Source: an uncultured delta proteobacterium (lineage in GTDB: Bacteria; Desulfobacterota; Syntrophobacteria; Syntrophobacterales; Syntrophobacteraceae). Taken from it: a stretch of DNA of 47,746 nt. Below are positions 1 through 11,293 of the stretch, one piece after another; positions within the stretch are counted from its first letter, which is position 1, and each line of letters starts with the position of its first letter. The notes under the pieces are model-generated. The model searched no databases and was not told the DNA's origin. It saw nothing but the letters and a program-made list of their open reading frames with translations. Location of the stretch: NCBI GenBank assembly GCA_963808625.1, contig CAWEHK010000013.1, positions 1 through 47,746 of the forward strand, read 5' to 3'. The translations under genes and the position numbers were made by a program.

Positions 1-26
1 CTGGAAGTGGTGGGAGTGAGAGGACA

Positions 27-55
27 TTGCCGAAAGGCGTTGCATTTTGTAGAAT
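27..55 (+). promoter_or_regulatory. Candidate sigma70 promoter
   Basis: TTGCCG-N17-TAGAAT, 35 nt upstream of the ATG at 90. Confidence 0.5.
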
Positions 56-89
56 ATTCCTTGAACACCTGACGCAAAGGGGAATTGAG

Positions 90-653
90 ATGAAGAAGAC
101 CATATGTATTGCCATGGCCATCATGGCGCTGCTCCTCGTGAGCCCCCCTCGCCGGGGACGCGACCGGGCCACGCCCCCGCGGGAGGACCGGGAGGTGGCC
201 CGGGACGGGGTCCGCGTGCGGGTCCCGGGATGGGGCGGCCACGGGGGAGCACCACGTGTTGGGCTGGATGGGGAGGCTACTGGGGGAGGGCCCCGCGTCG
301 GACCGGGGACTGGGAGGCTATTGGGGAGGGCCGCGGATTGGACCGGCTTGGGGCCCGAGGTGGGGAGGCTACCTGGGGGTGCCGCGCTCAACCTGGGTGC
401 TCCTTTTGGGAGCGGTTTTTACCTGGGCGCTCCCTTCTGGGGCGGTTACTATCCCTACTATGCAGCGCCGCCCGTGATCGTCCAGGATCGCCTCCCGCGT
501 ATGTGCAACCGTGCCGAACCCAGCAGGCCTATTCCTGGTATTACTGCCAGGACCCTCCGGGTCATTACCCGTATGCAAAGAGTGTCCGCAGGGCTGGACG
601 AAGGTTGCTCCTTCTCCGCCGCCCTCGGGCCGACAGGAGTGATGGTGCGATGA
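90..653 (+). CDS. Secreted Gly/Pro/Tyr-rich protein (frameshifted in this assembly)
   Basis: Signal-like MKKTICIAMAIMALLL; GGYYPYYAAPPVIVQ and YSWYYCQDPPG motifs lie in different frames; stop overlaps the next ATG (ATGA). Confidence 0.6.
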   Translation: MKKTICIAMAIMALLLVSPPRRGRDRATPPREDREVARDGVRVRVPGWGGHGGAPRVGLDGEATGGGPRVGPGTGRLLGRAADWTGLGPEVGRLPGGAALNLGAPFGSGFYLGAPFWGGYYPYYAAPPVIVQDRLPRMCNRAEPSRPIPGITARTLRVITRMQRVSAGLDEGCSFSAALGPTGVMVR

Positions 654-1152
654 ATTACCGACAATGCTTTCTCGTCTCTCTGATGTTGCTGGTGTTGAGC
701 GGGTGCGCGACGCTCCCCACCGGTCCGAGCGTGATGGTGCTGCCCAATCCGGGAAGCCCTTCGACGTGTTTCAGGCCGAGGATGCCACGTGCAGGATGTA
801 TGCGAGCCAGCAGATAGGGATGTCGCCACAGGAAACGGTCAACCGGAACACGGTCGCCAACGCTGCCCTGGGGACGGCCCTTGGAGCAGGTCTTGGTGCA
901 GCCATCGGGGCAATCTCGGGCAATGCCGGTACGGGTGCGGCTGTTGGTGCGGGCAGCGGACTCCTTGCCGGCACCCTCGCCGGCTCCAGCAGTGGTCAGG
1001 TTTACGGATGGGAGGCTCAGCGCCGCTACGACATCACCTATCAGCAGTGCATGTACGCCCAGGGAAACCAGATTCCGGGTATGGTCGAAAGGCGTTCGAG
1101 AACTTATGCGGCACCCCCTCCCCCGCCTCCACCGCCGTCCTCGGCATGGTAA
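650..1152 (+). CDS. Glycine-zipper (YMGG-like) lipoprotein, one frameshift near 750
   Basis: Lipobox VLSGC, PTGPSVMVLP, Gly zipper ALGTALGAGLGAAIG, YQQCMYAQG, poly-Pro tail. Confidence 0.75.
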
Positions 1153-1173
1153 CCCGCCATGCAATCAAGCTGC

Positions 1174-1204
1174 CGCAACGGAGGGCGGGTTTTCCAACCC
1201 GCCC
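1174..1204 (+). repeat. REP-like palindrome GGAGGGCGGGTTTTCCAACCCGCC; other copies at 3605-3627, 8491-8516, 8565-8587 (degenerate), 8751-8774 (rc), 15834-15858 (rc)
   Basis: Six near-identical intergenic hairpins read directly from the sequence. Confidence 0.85.
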
Positions 1205-1516
1205 TTGAAATTCGCGGCAAGCTTACCATGTCTGCGAGCGGTTGTCTCTGCCGACCTTGGGACCTGACGAGGAATGCCGATATTGTCTTGAATGCATATC
1301 GAATAGATCGAACAAGGAACCGCAGAACATCGAAGGAGCGGAGGGACTTTGTACGTGGTGAGCGGATGCTTGGATGGAAAAGATCAACCCATCTCAATTT
1401 TTTGGCAAACATCAAAACAGCGCGTTAAAACCATAGAGAAAACTTCATCATTCGAAATTCCTTGTTCGTTATTCGATATTCGTTTTTTGACTTCTTCTGA
1501 GTGAACCAGTCCAGTC

Positions 1517-3479
1517 ATGGGAATCGCATCGGATATCATCATCATCGTCGTCGCCGCGCTCATCGGGGGTATTCTGGCCCACGGACTGAGGCAGCCCCTG
1601 GTTCTCGGCTACATCCTGGCCGGCGTGCTCGTTGGTCCCCATACCGGCGGGGTCACCGTATCGAAAGTCCACGACATCGAACTGCTGGCTGAAATCGGCG
1701 TCGCCCTGCTGCTCTTCGCCCTCGGGCTCGAATTTTCCCTCAAGAAACTAAAACCGGTCCGCACCATCGCCCTGGTCGGCACCCCGATCCAGATATTCCT
1801 GACCATGGCTTACGGCTACGCTATCGGGCTGGGGTCGGGCTGGGAATGGCTTCCTTCGGTGTGGCTGGGCGCCCTGGTCTCGCTCTCGAGCACCATGGTC
1901 ATTCTGAAGACCCTCATGAATCAGGGCCTGCTCGGCACCCTCTCGAGCCGGGTGATGATCGGCATGCTCATTGTCCAGGACCTGGCCGTGGTCCCGCTGA
2001 TGATCATTTTGCCCCAACTGAACAATCCCACCGGCGGGCTTCCGATTTTGGGCCTGGCGGCCCTGAAGGCGGTCCTCTTTCTTGCCCTGATGGTCGTCCT
2101 GGGCACGCGCCTGCTGCCTTGGGTAATGACCCGCATCGCCTGCTGGAACTCACGGGAGCTGTTTCTCCTGGCGATCACGGCCATCGGTCTCGGGATCGGT
2201 TATATAACCTATCTCTTGGGGCTCTCCTTTGCCTTCGGGGCCTTCGTCGCCGGCATGGTCCTCAGCGAATCGGATTACAGCCACCAGGCCCTGAACGATA
2301 TCATCCCGCTGCGCGATATTTTCGGCCTGCTTTTCTTCACCTCGGTAGGAATGCTGCTGGACCCGTCGTTTTTGTCGCCCATGGCCAGGAATCCTTCTGC
2401 TGGTAATGCTGGTCAGGGTCTGGCAAGGGTTTGATCTTTGCGGTCTGGTCGTCTTCGGTTACGGTAACGTCATTCCCCTCGCCGTTGGCTTGGGTCTCTT
2501 TCAGGTTGGGGAGTTTTCCTTCGTGCTGGCGGGACGTTGGTTTCAGCGCGTTCGATCAGCAGCGACCTCTACGCCCTCGTGCTCAACACGGCCATTTTCA
2601 CATGGTCCTGACCCCTCATCTCCGGGTCTGACCGCACCGCTCTATGCCATCCGCAAGAGATGGTTCAGACACGAATCCCTGCAGACCATCAACCTGCCCG
2701 AATCGGGACTGCACAACCACGTGGTCATCGCCGGGGGCGGAAGGACGGCCGGCATATTGCCCAGATTTTGCGCCGCCTGGGCTAGCCTTTGTCCTGATCG
2801 AGCTGGATTACTACCGGTTTGACGAAGCCGACCAGGCCGGCGGGCTTGCCGGTAAGATACGGGGATGCCAGTCAAAGAATCGTCCTGGAAGCTGCCCGGA
2901 TGGCGAAGGCTCGCCTGCTTTTGATCACCATTCCCGCCATGGTCGTTGCCCGGGGACATTGTTGTCCAAACCCATCAGCTCAAGCCGGGTTTGGACATTC
3001 TGGCGCGGGCGGAAGGGGTGGAACAGATGAAAGCCCTTTACGAAAACGGGGTAAATCGAGTCATCCAGCCCGAATTCGAAGCCGGTCTTGAAATGACGCG
3101 GCAGGTGCTGCTGCAGCTGGGATTCTCCCGGCGACGGAGGTGCTCGAGTATGGCGACGCGGTGTGCCGCGATTCCTCTACTCCACTGCCCGGAAATGACG
3201 AGGGGTCCCGGAGCACCGCGCTGCTCCTGGGCGCCGGCAGATCGCTGGAACTGAACTGGCTGACTCTGGAACGGGACAGCCCCTTCAACGGCCGCGCCAT
3301 CGGGGAACTCGCCATCCGCACCCACACCGGCGCCTCCGTGGTGGGAGTGGTGCGGGACGGCACGCTGCACCCCAATCCCGGCCCCGATATTCCGCTTTGC
3401 GCAGGGGGTCCGGGTTGCCGTTATCGGCAAACACGAAACAGCGCAATGCGCGCCCAGGAAACTCGCTCGCCGCCCGTAA
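1517..3479 (+). CDS. CPA2/Kef-type cation:proton antiporter with TrkA-N and TrkA-C domains (multiple frameshifts)
   Basis: [53 protein letters not shown] and [22 protein letters not shown] in later frames. Confidence 0.85.
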
Positions 3480-3721
3480 TGCAATGCACCGCAGAGACGC
3501 AGAGAGCGCAGAGAAAACCCTTCAATGTCCGCTTGCAATGGACGTATCATTTGTTAAGACCGTCTTTGGACATCTATCCCACGCTCTCGCCGGAGCACTC
3601 AAAAGGAGGGCGGGTTTTCAACCCGCCAAAAGACAGCCGCTCCGTTATCGATTGACGAAAACTGAACCACCGAACCCAGCAATGGACTTCTCTACGGAAA
3701 GCGTCAAAAGGAGCAACGACA

Positions 3722-4235
3722 ATGATCAGTGCTGACAACACAAAGAAGCCGCCATGGTCCATCCGATCTCCTTCGTTCACTTTTGTCTCTCTTCTCTTCA
3801 CGGTTATGCTGGTTTTCCCAATTCCGGCCGCCCCTGAAATCAAGCTCTTGAAGGGACAAACGGTTTACGTTCCCGCCTATTCGCACATCTATCACGGCGA
3901 CCGCGAACAGCCCTTCTATCTGGCCGTTACCCTCAGCATCCGGAATACTGATCTGGTCCATCCCATCACCATCGTCTCAATCGACTATTTTGATTCCGAC
4001 GGCAAACGGCTCAAAAAATTCGTCGACAAAGAGGTTAAGCTCAGCGCCATGGCAACGGCAGAGTACGTGGTAAAGGAATCGGATAAAGCCGGCGGTTCCG
4101 GAGGCCAACTTCATCGTTGTGTGGAAGGCGGAAGAAAAGGTCACGGAACCGATCATTGAAACCGTTATGATCGGGACTTCCACGCAGCAGGGCATATCAT
4201 TTACTTCTCGAGGCCGGGTCATCGACGAGAACTGA
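3722..4235 (+). CDS. DUF3124 family protein (frameshift near 4105)
   Basis: [28 protein letters not shown]...[10 protein letters not shown]...GISFTSRG continues in another frame to TGA 4233-4235. Confidence 0.8.
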
Positions 4236-4739
4236 AGACCGGACTCCTCACCCTTTGCTGGGGCGCGCAGCTATCGGCTTCTTCAGATATACCCACCGTC
4301 GCAGACGATTCATCAATCTCCACACTGTTCTCATCGTCTCTTCATATTTTCCTCACAATTGCCCGCTATGATCCGCCGCAAAGGTTGGAGCAATGCTGAC
4401 CACGAACGAATGCTGCAAAGGAGAAGAAACGATGAGAGTCAAGGGAATGCTCGGGGCTGAGGTGGCGGCTCTTGTCACTGGCATGAGGCCGCTCTGCATG
4501 GGTGCGGGCCGCGCGGGTTCGGGGGCTTCCGGTGAAGAGCCAATCAGCGGCGGCCAGGACCGAAAAAAGAGCGCCACAAGGAAGGTATTGAGAGAGGAGT
4601 CCATTGTTTTCGCCGCGGTTGCCTTGGCCTACGTGCTGGCCTGGGCAGCTTCCCGAGTCTTTCAGCAATGAACTGTTCTCACCCATGATTTAATTATGGA
4701 GACTCGATTCATTAGACAATCGAACAAGGAGAAGAAGAG

Positions 4740-5825
4740 ATGAAAATCAAGGCCCTATCAACAGGTGGTTTCGCGGTCCTGGTATCCGCGATGATTCTTG
4801 CCTTCACCGGCACCGGCATGGCGCAGTGGGGCGCCTCGAGTGATCCGGGCAGCCGGTTTATCCAGTACTTCGACAAGGACGGTGACGGCATGGTCTCGAA
4901 AGCCGAATTTCCGGGACCCGCAGATCACTTCACCCAGCTTGACACCAACAGCGACGGCTTCATCGACGCCGGCGAAGCTCCCAAAGGACCGCCTCATCAC
5001 GGCATGATGGGCGGGGGCTTCATCAAGAAATTCGACAAGGACGGCGACGGCAAGGTCTCGCAGGCGGAGTTCCCCGGTCCCGCGGATCACTTCACCCAGC
5101 TTGACGCCAACGGCGACGGCTATATCGACGAAAGCGAAGCTCCCAAAGGACCGCCTCATCACGGCATGATGGGCGGGGGCTGCATCAAGAAATTCGACAA
5201 GGACGGTGACGGCAAGGTTCGCAGGCGGAGTTCCCGGTCCCGCGGAGCGCTTCACCCAGCTTGACGCCAACAGCGACGGCTTCATCGACGACACCGAAGC
5301 TCCCAAAGGACCGCCTCATCACGGCATGATGGGCGGGGGCTGCATCAAGAAATTCGACAAGGACGGTGACGGCAAGGTCTCGCAGGCGGAGTCCCGGTCC
5401 AGCGGAGCACTTCACCCAGCTTGACGCCAACGGCGACGGCTATATCGACGAAAGCGAAGCTCCCAAAGGACCGCCTCATCACGGCATGATGGGCGGGGGC
5501 TGCATCAAGAAATTCGACAAGGACGGCGACGGCAAGGTCTCGCAGGCGGAGTTCCCCGGCCCCGCGGACCACTTCACCCAGCTTGACGCCAACGGCGACG
5601 GCTATATCGACGAAAGCGAAGCTCCCAAAGGACCGCCTCATCACGGCATGATGGGCGGGGGCTGATCAAGAAATTCGACAAGGACGGCGACGGCAAGGTC
5701 TCGCAGGCGGAGTTCCCCGGCCCCGCGGACCACTTCACCCAGCTTGACGCCAACGGCGACGGCTATATCGACGAAAGCGAAACTCCCAAAGGACCGCCGC
5801 CGATGCGGGGAGCTGGAAGAATTAG
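4740..5825 (+). CDS. Secreted EF-hand repeat protein, six 54-aa units (frameshifted; 3' end approximate)
   Basis: Signal peptide, then repeats of FDKDGDGKVSQAEFPGPADHFTQLDANGDGYIDESEAPKGPPHHGMMGGG. Confidence 0.85.
4856..5800 (+). repeat. Coding tandem repeat, about 162-bp unit x6
   Basis: CCAAAGGACCGCC recurs at 4981, 5143, 5303, 5463, 5625, 5786. Confidence 0.9.
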
Positions 5826-5862
5826 GAGCGCGATACGGATACACTGTCGCGCTCGCATGGTC

Positions 5863-5925
5863 ATCTGCTCGTTCTGCTCGTTCTGCTCGTTCTGCTGTTC
5901 TGCTCGTTCTGCTCGTTCTGCTCGT
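5863..5925. repeat. 9-mer tandem repeat (TCTGCTCGT)n
   Basis: Direct reading. Confidence 0.85.
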
Positions 5926-6060
5926 TCCCAAGCTCCAGCTTGGGAACGCAGGCCGGAAGCTCCAGCTTCCCGTGCCACTTCCTTAGGGGGTGGCACTCAC
6001 ATGTCTTACGAAGCTGGAGCTTCCACCACGTGGGTTCCCAAGCTGGAGCTTGGGAACCAG
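5921..6060. repeat. Composite palindromic REP/MITE-like element (GTTCCCAAGCTCCAGCTTGGGAAC ends, inner GAAGCTCCAGCTTC hairpins)
   Basis: Four related hairpins at 5923-5948, 5955-5970, 6009-6024, 6034-6057 arranged as an inverted pair. Confidence 0.75.
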
Positions 6061-6182
6061 CGTAGCGACAGCGACCGGCTTTCGGTGGGTTACGGCGCTA
6101 CCGGACGCGCCTGACCCACCCTGCAATATCGGGTGCCGCCCTCATTTCCTCACATCCCCGCTAACCGCCTCCTTGCTATCCG

Positions 6183-6555
6183 CATCTCCTCCCTATCTCC
6201 TCCTCACCCTATCTCCCCCTCTCCGTGTCTCCTCTCCCTATCTCCCCCCTCTCCCCCTCTCCGTGTCTCCTCTCCCTATCTCCCCCCTCTCCCCCTCTCC
6301 GTGTCTCCTCTCCCTATCTCCCCCTCTCCCTGTCTCCGTGTCTCCTCTCCCTATCTCCCCCCTCTCCCTGTCTCCCTGTTTCCGTGTCTCCTCTCCCTAT
6401 CTCCCCCCTCTCCCTCTCCCTGTCTCCGTGTCTCCTCTCCCTATCTCCCCCCTCTCCCTCTCCCTGTCTCCGTCTCTCCTCTCCCTATCTCCCCCTCTCC
6501 CTGTCTCCCCCTCTCCGCGTCTCCGCATCACCGCGTCTCGGCGCCTCCGTGTCTG
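6183..6555. repeat. Pyrimidine-rich low-complexity tandem array (CTCCGTGTCTCCTCTCCCTATCTCCCC)
   Basis: Direct reading; related array at about 6925-7075. Confidence 0.85.
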
Positions 6556-6680
6556 CCCATAGGCATCAAGCCGAAGTTTCCCAGATGCAGACCTATACTG
6601 CGAATGGTGGCCGGCCCGACCATAAGGAATGGTTACCGTCAGGACGAAAATAGTGTGTGGTAGGTTCTTCATACCTTCAT

Positions 6681-6899
6681 GCCCTGAAAGGGCTTCATAA
6701 AACAGCCCAGGGTCAGCTCAGCGCCACCCTGGGAATATCAGGTAGCCAACACGCATTTCCTTACCCTGAAAGGGTTGCATAGAGCGATGTGTGAGCATGA
6801 TTTATGTAACCCCTTCAGGGTAATTATTCTTGTTGTGCCCGACTTCCCAGGGTGGCGCTGTCGCTGACCCTGGGCTGATTTATGCAGCCCTTTCAGGGC
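6681..6899. mobile_element. MITE-like palindromic element, about 55-bp terminal inverted repeats, inner hairpin 6763-6821
   Basis: 6681-6735 is nearly the reverse complement of 6844-6899; both ends are GCCCTGAAAGGGC hairpins. Confidence 0.7.
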
Positions 6900-7074
6900 G
6901 AAAAAATCAGCTTGATGCATTTGCCGTGTCTCTCGGTCTCCGCGTCCACGCGCCTCACCTCACCGTGTCCTCGCGTCTCACCTCACCATGTCTCCGCGTC
7001 TCACCTCACCATGTCTCCGCGTCTCCCTTCACCATGTCTCCGCGTCTCAGCATCTGGACGTCTCCCTCTCTCCC

Positions 7075-8226
7075 CCCGGGCGCCTTCCTGCCAGTCAAAC
7101 AATTGGTCGGTGGAGAGCTTGAGGAACAGGCGCTCGGCTGCCATGAACTCCTGGAACGACAGGTGATAGAACGACGCCCGCGCAATTCGCCGGGAAGCTT
7201 CTCCTGGTAGGGCTCGGGCACCGCCAGGTCAGGGAGGTCGGGAGGCGGCATGGCGCCGTTGCAGGTGAGCCAGGTCACCCAGCGGCAGAAGGTGGATTTC
7301 CCCGAACCCGGATCGCCGAAAACATAGAGTGACCTTTCGGCGAGCAGAGCCAGCAGCAACTGGAGCGCTTCCCGCGAGGCCGCCGGCTCCGCCGGGACTT
7401 CGTCATCGCGCTTGCGGCGAGGAGGACCCTCCTTTTCGAACCGAGCCGAAGTTATCAACGGCGTGTAGACCTGGTTCAGCCGCACGCCCAGGCCCTCTTT
7501 GAGCTGCAGCCCCATCAGTTCCACGTCACCACACTGATGGAGGAGCCAGGTGAGATATTCGGGCGGGACGACAGGCTTCGGTGGACTCTTTTGTTTTGCG
7601 GGCGCTTGCCGAAGTTTGGCTGAGGGCGCCTTCATCTTGGGAAGCTCACTGATGACGTTGCGCAGGTGCTCGGAGACTTTCTCGAAGAATGCATCCTCCC
7701 TGCCGCGAACTTCCTTGTAGCTGCCCACCAGACCCAAGGTTTCCAGCCTCTTGCGAAATTGGCACACCTTGAGATACTGTTCCACGTCGGCAGGATCACT
7801 GGAGAGTAGCGGTTGGTCCCGGAAGTAAAACATGATCCACGGCGCCCTGGCTTTTTTCCACTTCTTCAAGGCATCGTTGAACTCCTGCTCCGTACCGCTC
7901 TCGTATCTTCCTGACGGCATGCCGAAGCGAGTGGACATGATGCCGAGGTAGATGTCATAAAACGGAGTCTGCTCATCGACGACCCGCTGCGGCTTGGGGC
8001 CGATCTTCGGTGTTACATCAACTTCCCAGCGAAAGACTTCAAAGCGGAATCCCTGTGCCTGCCCTTCCGTGCGATTGATGGAAGCACAGATTTCGTCCAG
8101 TATCTAACGCTCGGCGGTTACGTCGTTTGGTGAGGAGACAAACACCCGGACGATCCGGACGGTCTCCCCGCCGCCGCAGGTGCTGGACCGGGCGCTCCCG
8201 TTTGCTGCCTTGCCACGCTTCGCCAT
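7075..8226 (-). pseudogene. Decayed DUF4062-like (TIR/NDT-like) + NACHT STAND NTPase
   Basis: RBS AGGAGGGG then MAKRGK..IVRVFVSSPNDVTAER*ILDE (TAG 8106-8104); YDIYLGIMSTRFG, SGTEQEF; Walker A GDPGSGKST; FYHLSFQEFMAAE appears in another frame only about 40 codons later. Confidence 0.75.
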
Positions 8227-8949
8227 TGGTCTGTCCCCTCCTGTGAGTGAGGTCCCTGGTCAACACCGTTGCAGCCTACGCCGCTGGAATCCTGCACAGG
8301 GAATACTCTCTCCGGTAGCCTGGGTGGGCAATGAATCATGATATTCCGCGATGATGATGGACTGACGCCCAATGCGTTGTGAGAAACCGAATCCCACAGA
8401 TCCGGATAGCACACATCACCTCTACCGTCAACAGGTGAACCCTTTGATAACTCAGAGGATTCACGGACAGGCAAGGCCGCATGCTCCTAACGGAGGGCGG
8501 GTTTTCCAACCCGCCCATAAATGACCCGGGGGATTTACCAGCAGGCAAGCACCGGCACTCGCAACGGAGGGCGGATCTTCCAACCCGTTACCCGACACAT
8601 CAGGCCTGGTGGCCCGCTTCAATGACTGCTTGTCCGTCAACTGGAGGGAGGTGCGGCGGGGCAGTAGGGTGGGCACCGCTTCATCGTGCCCATTAGAACC
8701 AAATGATTACTTCCCCCGACAATGAACCTGGTATTGGCAAAGCTCGGTTTGGCGGGTTGGAAAACCCGCCCTCCTTTTGCCGTGATTTGCATAGGGTTAA
8801 TGTGAAGTTCTTAATTTCGCCTAACGTTGCGTAGGACAAGCTATCCGTCTTTTTCTGTGGTTCCGATGGGCAGTTGGAGGTTGTTAAAGCTGTCCAGATC
8901 CTGATAGAATGTCCAAGATAAGCGGCAAGGAACTTGAAGGAGGCTCGAC

Positions 8950-9516
8950 ATGGCGGAGCTGGCAAGAAAGCAAGCGACATACGACGACCTTCACAGCGTT
9001 CCTGAGAACATGACCGGCGAGCTCATCGATGGGGAGTTGATCGTCACCCCCAGACCGTCCAGGAAGCATATTTATGCGGCATCTGCGCTGCAAATTGAAG
9101 CAGGATCGGCATATCAATTTGGACGCGGTGGTGGACCTGGTGGATGGATTATTCTGCTTGAGCCGGAAATCATGCTTGGAGGAAATATCCTTGTTCCCGA
9201 TCTGGCGGGATGGAGGCGCGAACGTTTTCCGGTGGCGGAAGAAACCAATTGGATCGCTGTTCCTCCGGACTGGGTGTGTGAGGTGATTTCGCCCGGCACC
9301 ATTCGCCTCGACAAGATCAGGAAGATGTCCCTGTATGGGCAGCACCGAGTGCAATATTTGTGGCTCATTGATCCTGTCGCCAGGACCCTCGACGTATTTC
9401 GACTCGAAACAGAGAAGTGGGTTGTGGCCGGATTCTTCGCCCACGATGATAAGGTCCGGGCCGAACCTTTTCAGGAAGTCGAGTTCGAGCTCAGCAACCT
9501 TTGGTTGGAGGGTTAG
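8950..9516 (+). CDS. Uma2 (DUF820) family endonuclease
   Basis: ELIDGELIVTPRP, LVPDLAGWR, PDWVCEVISP, YLWLIDP. Confidence 0.9.
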   Translation: MAELARKQATYDDLHSVPENMTGELIDGELIVTPRPSRKHIYAASALQIEAGSAYQFGRGGGPGGWIILLEPEIMLGGNILVPDLAGWRRERFPVAEETNWIAVPPDWVCEVISPGTIRLDKIRKMSLYGQHRVQYLWLIDPVARTLDVFRLETEKWVVAGFFAHDDKVRAEPFQEVEFELSNLWLEG

Positions 9517-9548
9517 ATTTCTGGCGCCCCCCCATGCGCACCTCATGC

Positions 9549-10640
9549 TCAAAAGGTGCAGAAACCTTGCACCCGGTTCTCATCGAGCGTTTCGAGAAGG
9601 ATCAGCACCAGCCCGAGGGCGCCCAGATAGTCATCGAGATGGATCATGCTGTTGTGGGTGTGGATGTAGCGGGCGGGCACCCCCAGGACGATTGTCGGCA
9701 CCCCTTTTTGGTGTAGATGAAGGGCGCGGGCATCGGTGGCCCCACTCCGGCGGACCGCCACCTGGTGGGGGATTCCCTGCGCTTCCGCAAGCCCTCTGGC
9801 GTACTGAACGAATTTCCGGTTCATGATCGCAGACGGGTCCATCAGCCTGATTTGCACGCCTCGCCCCACCGCCCCCTGACGCTCCTCTTCGGCAATGCCC
9901 GGCAGATCGTCCGCCGGAGGTCCCTCGAGAACGATGGCCGCATCGGGGTCCGCCGTAAAACCGGCCGTCTGAGCGCCCCGCACCCCAACCTCTTCCTGGA
10001 CCGTGCCCACTCCCCAGACGGTGTTGGGATGGGCGTCATCGCGCAGCGTTTGGAGCGCTTGAATGACCAGCGCCATCCCCACGCGGTTGTCAAACCCCTT
10101 GCAGAGGAGAAAGTCCGGGTTGTGCATGGACACAAACGGGCTGTCCGGGACGATGCTGTCGCCCAGGCGAATGCCAAAGCGGTCGCGCACCTCATCGGCA
10201 TTCACCGCCCCGACATCGATGAACATGTCCTCGATCTTGACAAGCTTCTCCCGCTCCGCCTCACCCAGCAGGTGGGGCGGTCTGGCGCCGATCACGCCAA
10301 GGACCTCATGTCCTGCCTGAGTGAGGACCCTCACCCGCTGAGCCAGAAGCGTATGCGACCACCAGCCCCCGAGCGGGACCACCTTGATCAGCCCGCTTCC
10401 GGTTATGGCCTGGACCGCGAACCCGACTTCATCCATGTGCCCGGAAAGCAAGATCCTGGGGCTTTCCGCACGGCCCCTCCGGGCGCAGAAAATGTTTCCC
10501 GTCCGGTCGGTAAAGACCTCTTTCCCCAGTTCCTCCCGAAAGATGGAGCGGACACTGTCTTCATAGCCCGGCGCCCCATGAGCCTCGCCAAGCCTCTTCA
10601 GCAATTCACAAGCTCTCTTCTTGCGTTTCTCGTCCATCAT
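9549..10640 (-). CDS. M42 family metallo-aminopeptidase (TET-like)
   Basis: GHMDEVG, KGFDNRVG, TVQEEVGVRGA, GATDA, RYIHT; likely start MMDEKR. Confidence 0.9.
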   Translation of the reverse strand: MMDEKRKKRACELLKRLGEAHGAPGYEDSVRSIFREELGKEVFTDRTGNIFCARRGRAESPRILLSGHMDEVGFAVQAITGSGLIKVVPLGGWWSHTLLAQRVRVLTQAGHEVLGVIGARPPHLLGEAEREKLVKIEDMFIDVGAVNADEVRDRFGIRLGDSIVPDSPFVSMHNPDFLLCKGFDNRVGMALVIQALQTLRDDAHPNTVWGVGTVQEEVGVRGAQTAGFTADPDAAIVLEGPPADDLPGIAEEERQGAVGRGVQIRLMDPSAIMNRKFVQYARGLAEAQGIPHQVAVRRSGATDARALHLHQKGVPTIVLGVPARYIHTHNSMIHLDDYLGALGLVLILLETLDENRVQGFCTF

Positions 10641-10654
10641 AAACCTTTTTTTAG

Positions 10655-10775
10655 GAGAAGAAGTCAGGAGACAGAAGTCAGGAGACAGGAGACAGGAGTC
10701 AGGAGACAGGAGGTGGGAGGTGGGAGACAGAAGTCGGAGGTCGGGAGATAGAAGGCAGGAGGTAGGAGACAGGGG
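10655..10775. repeat. Heptamer array (AGACAGG)n
   Basis: Direct reading; reverse-complementary to the array at 11030-11290. Confidence 0.8.
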
Positions 10776-11029
10776 TCGAAATGATAGCAGTCTTTTATGC
10801 AGACGGTATCCGGTCTGGCCTCTTCCCATGATTTTTCGTGACTCACCAGAGCAAAGTGCTGCATCAATACCTTGGGGAAGGTCCAAGCCTTGTGGGGCAA
10901 ACTTTCCAGGTTGCCATGCCGAACTGGTCAAAAGGCAGGCTGGAAAGCCTGCCCCACACCTCAAGGCTCGCTACGGAAACCACGTTGTACTGATGGAGCT
11001 GCGACAAAACAACCCAACTCCCTGTTTGA

Positions 11030-11290
<261 letters not shown>

Positions 11291-11293
11291 CTC

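Noticed and set aside
4393..4671. 92-aa ORF upstream of the EF-hand gene
   Set aside because: No recognisable motif; coding status cannot be supported
4856..5800. Regular repeats as a CRISPR array
   Set aside because: Whole 162-bp units repeat without unique spacers and encode EF-hands
5990..6663. Pro/Ser/Leu-rich ORFs in several frames
   Set aside because: Translations of a pyrimidine-rich tandem repeat that is open in all frames
8104..8106. In-frame TAG as pyrrolysine or recoding
   Set aside because: The same gene has an internal deletion and truncation, other genes here end in TAG normally, and no pyl genes are in the window
10641..10964. N-terminal extension of the M42 ORF (LLSPDS repeats)
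   Set aside because: Read-through of a heptamer array; the family-like sequence begins at MMDEKR
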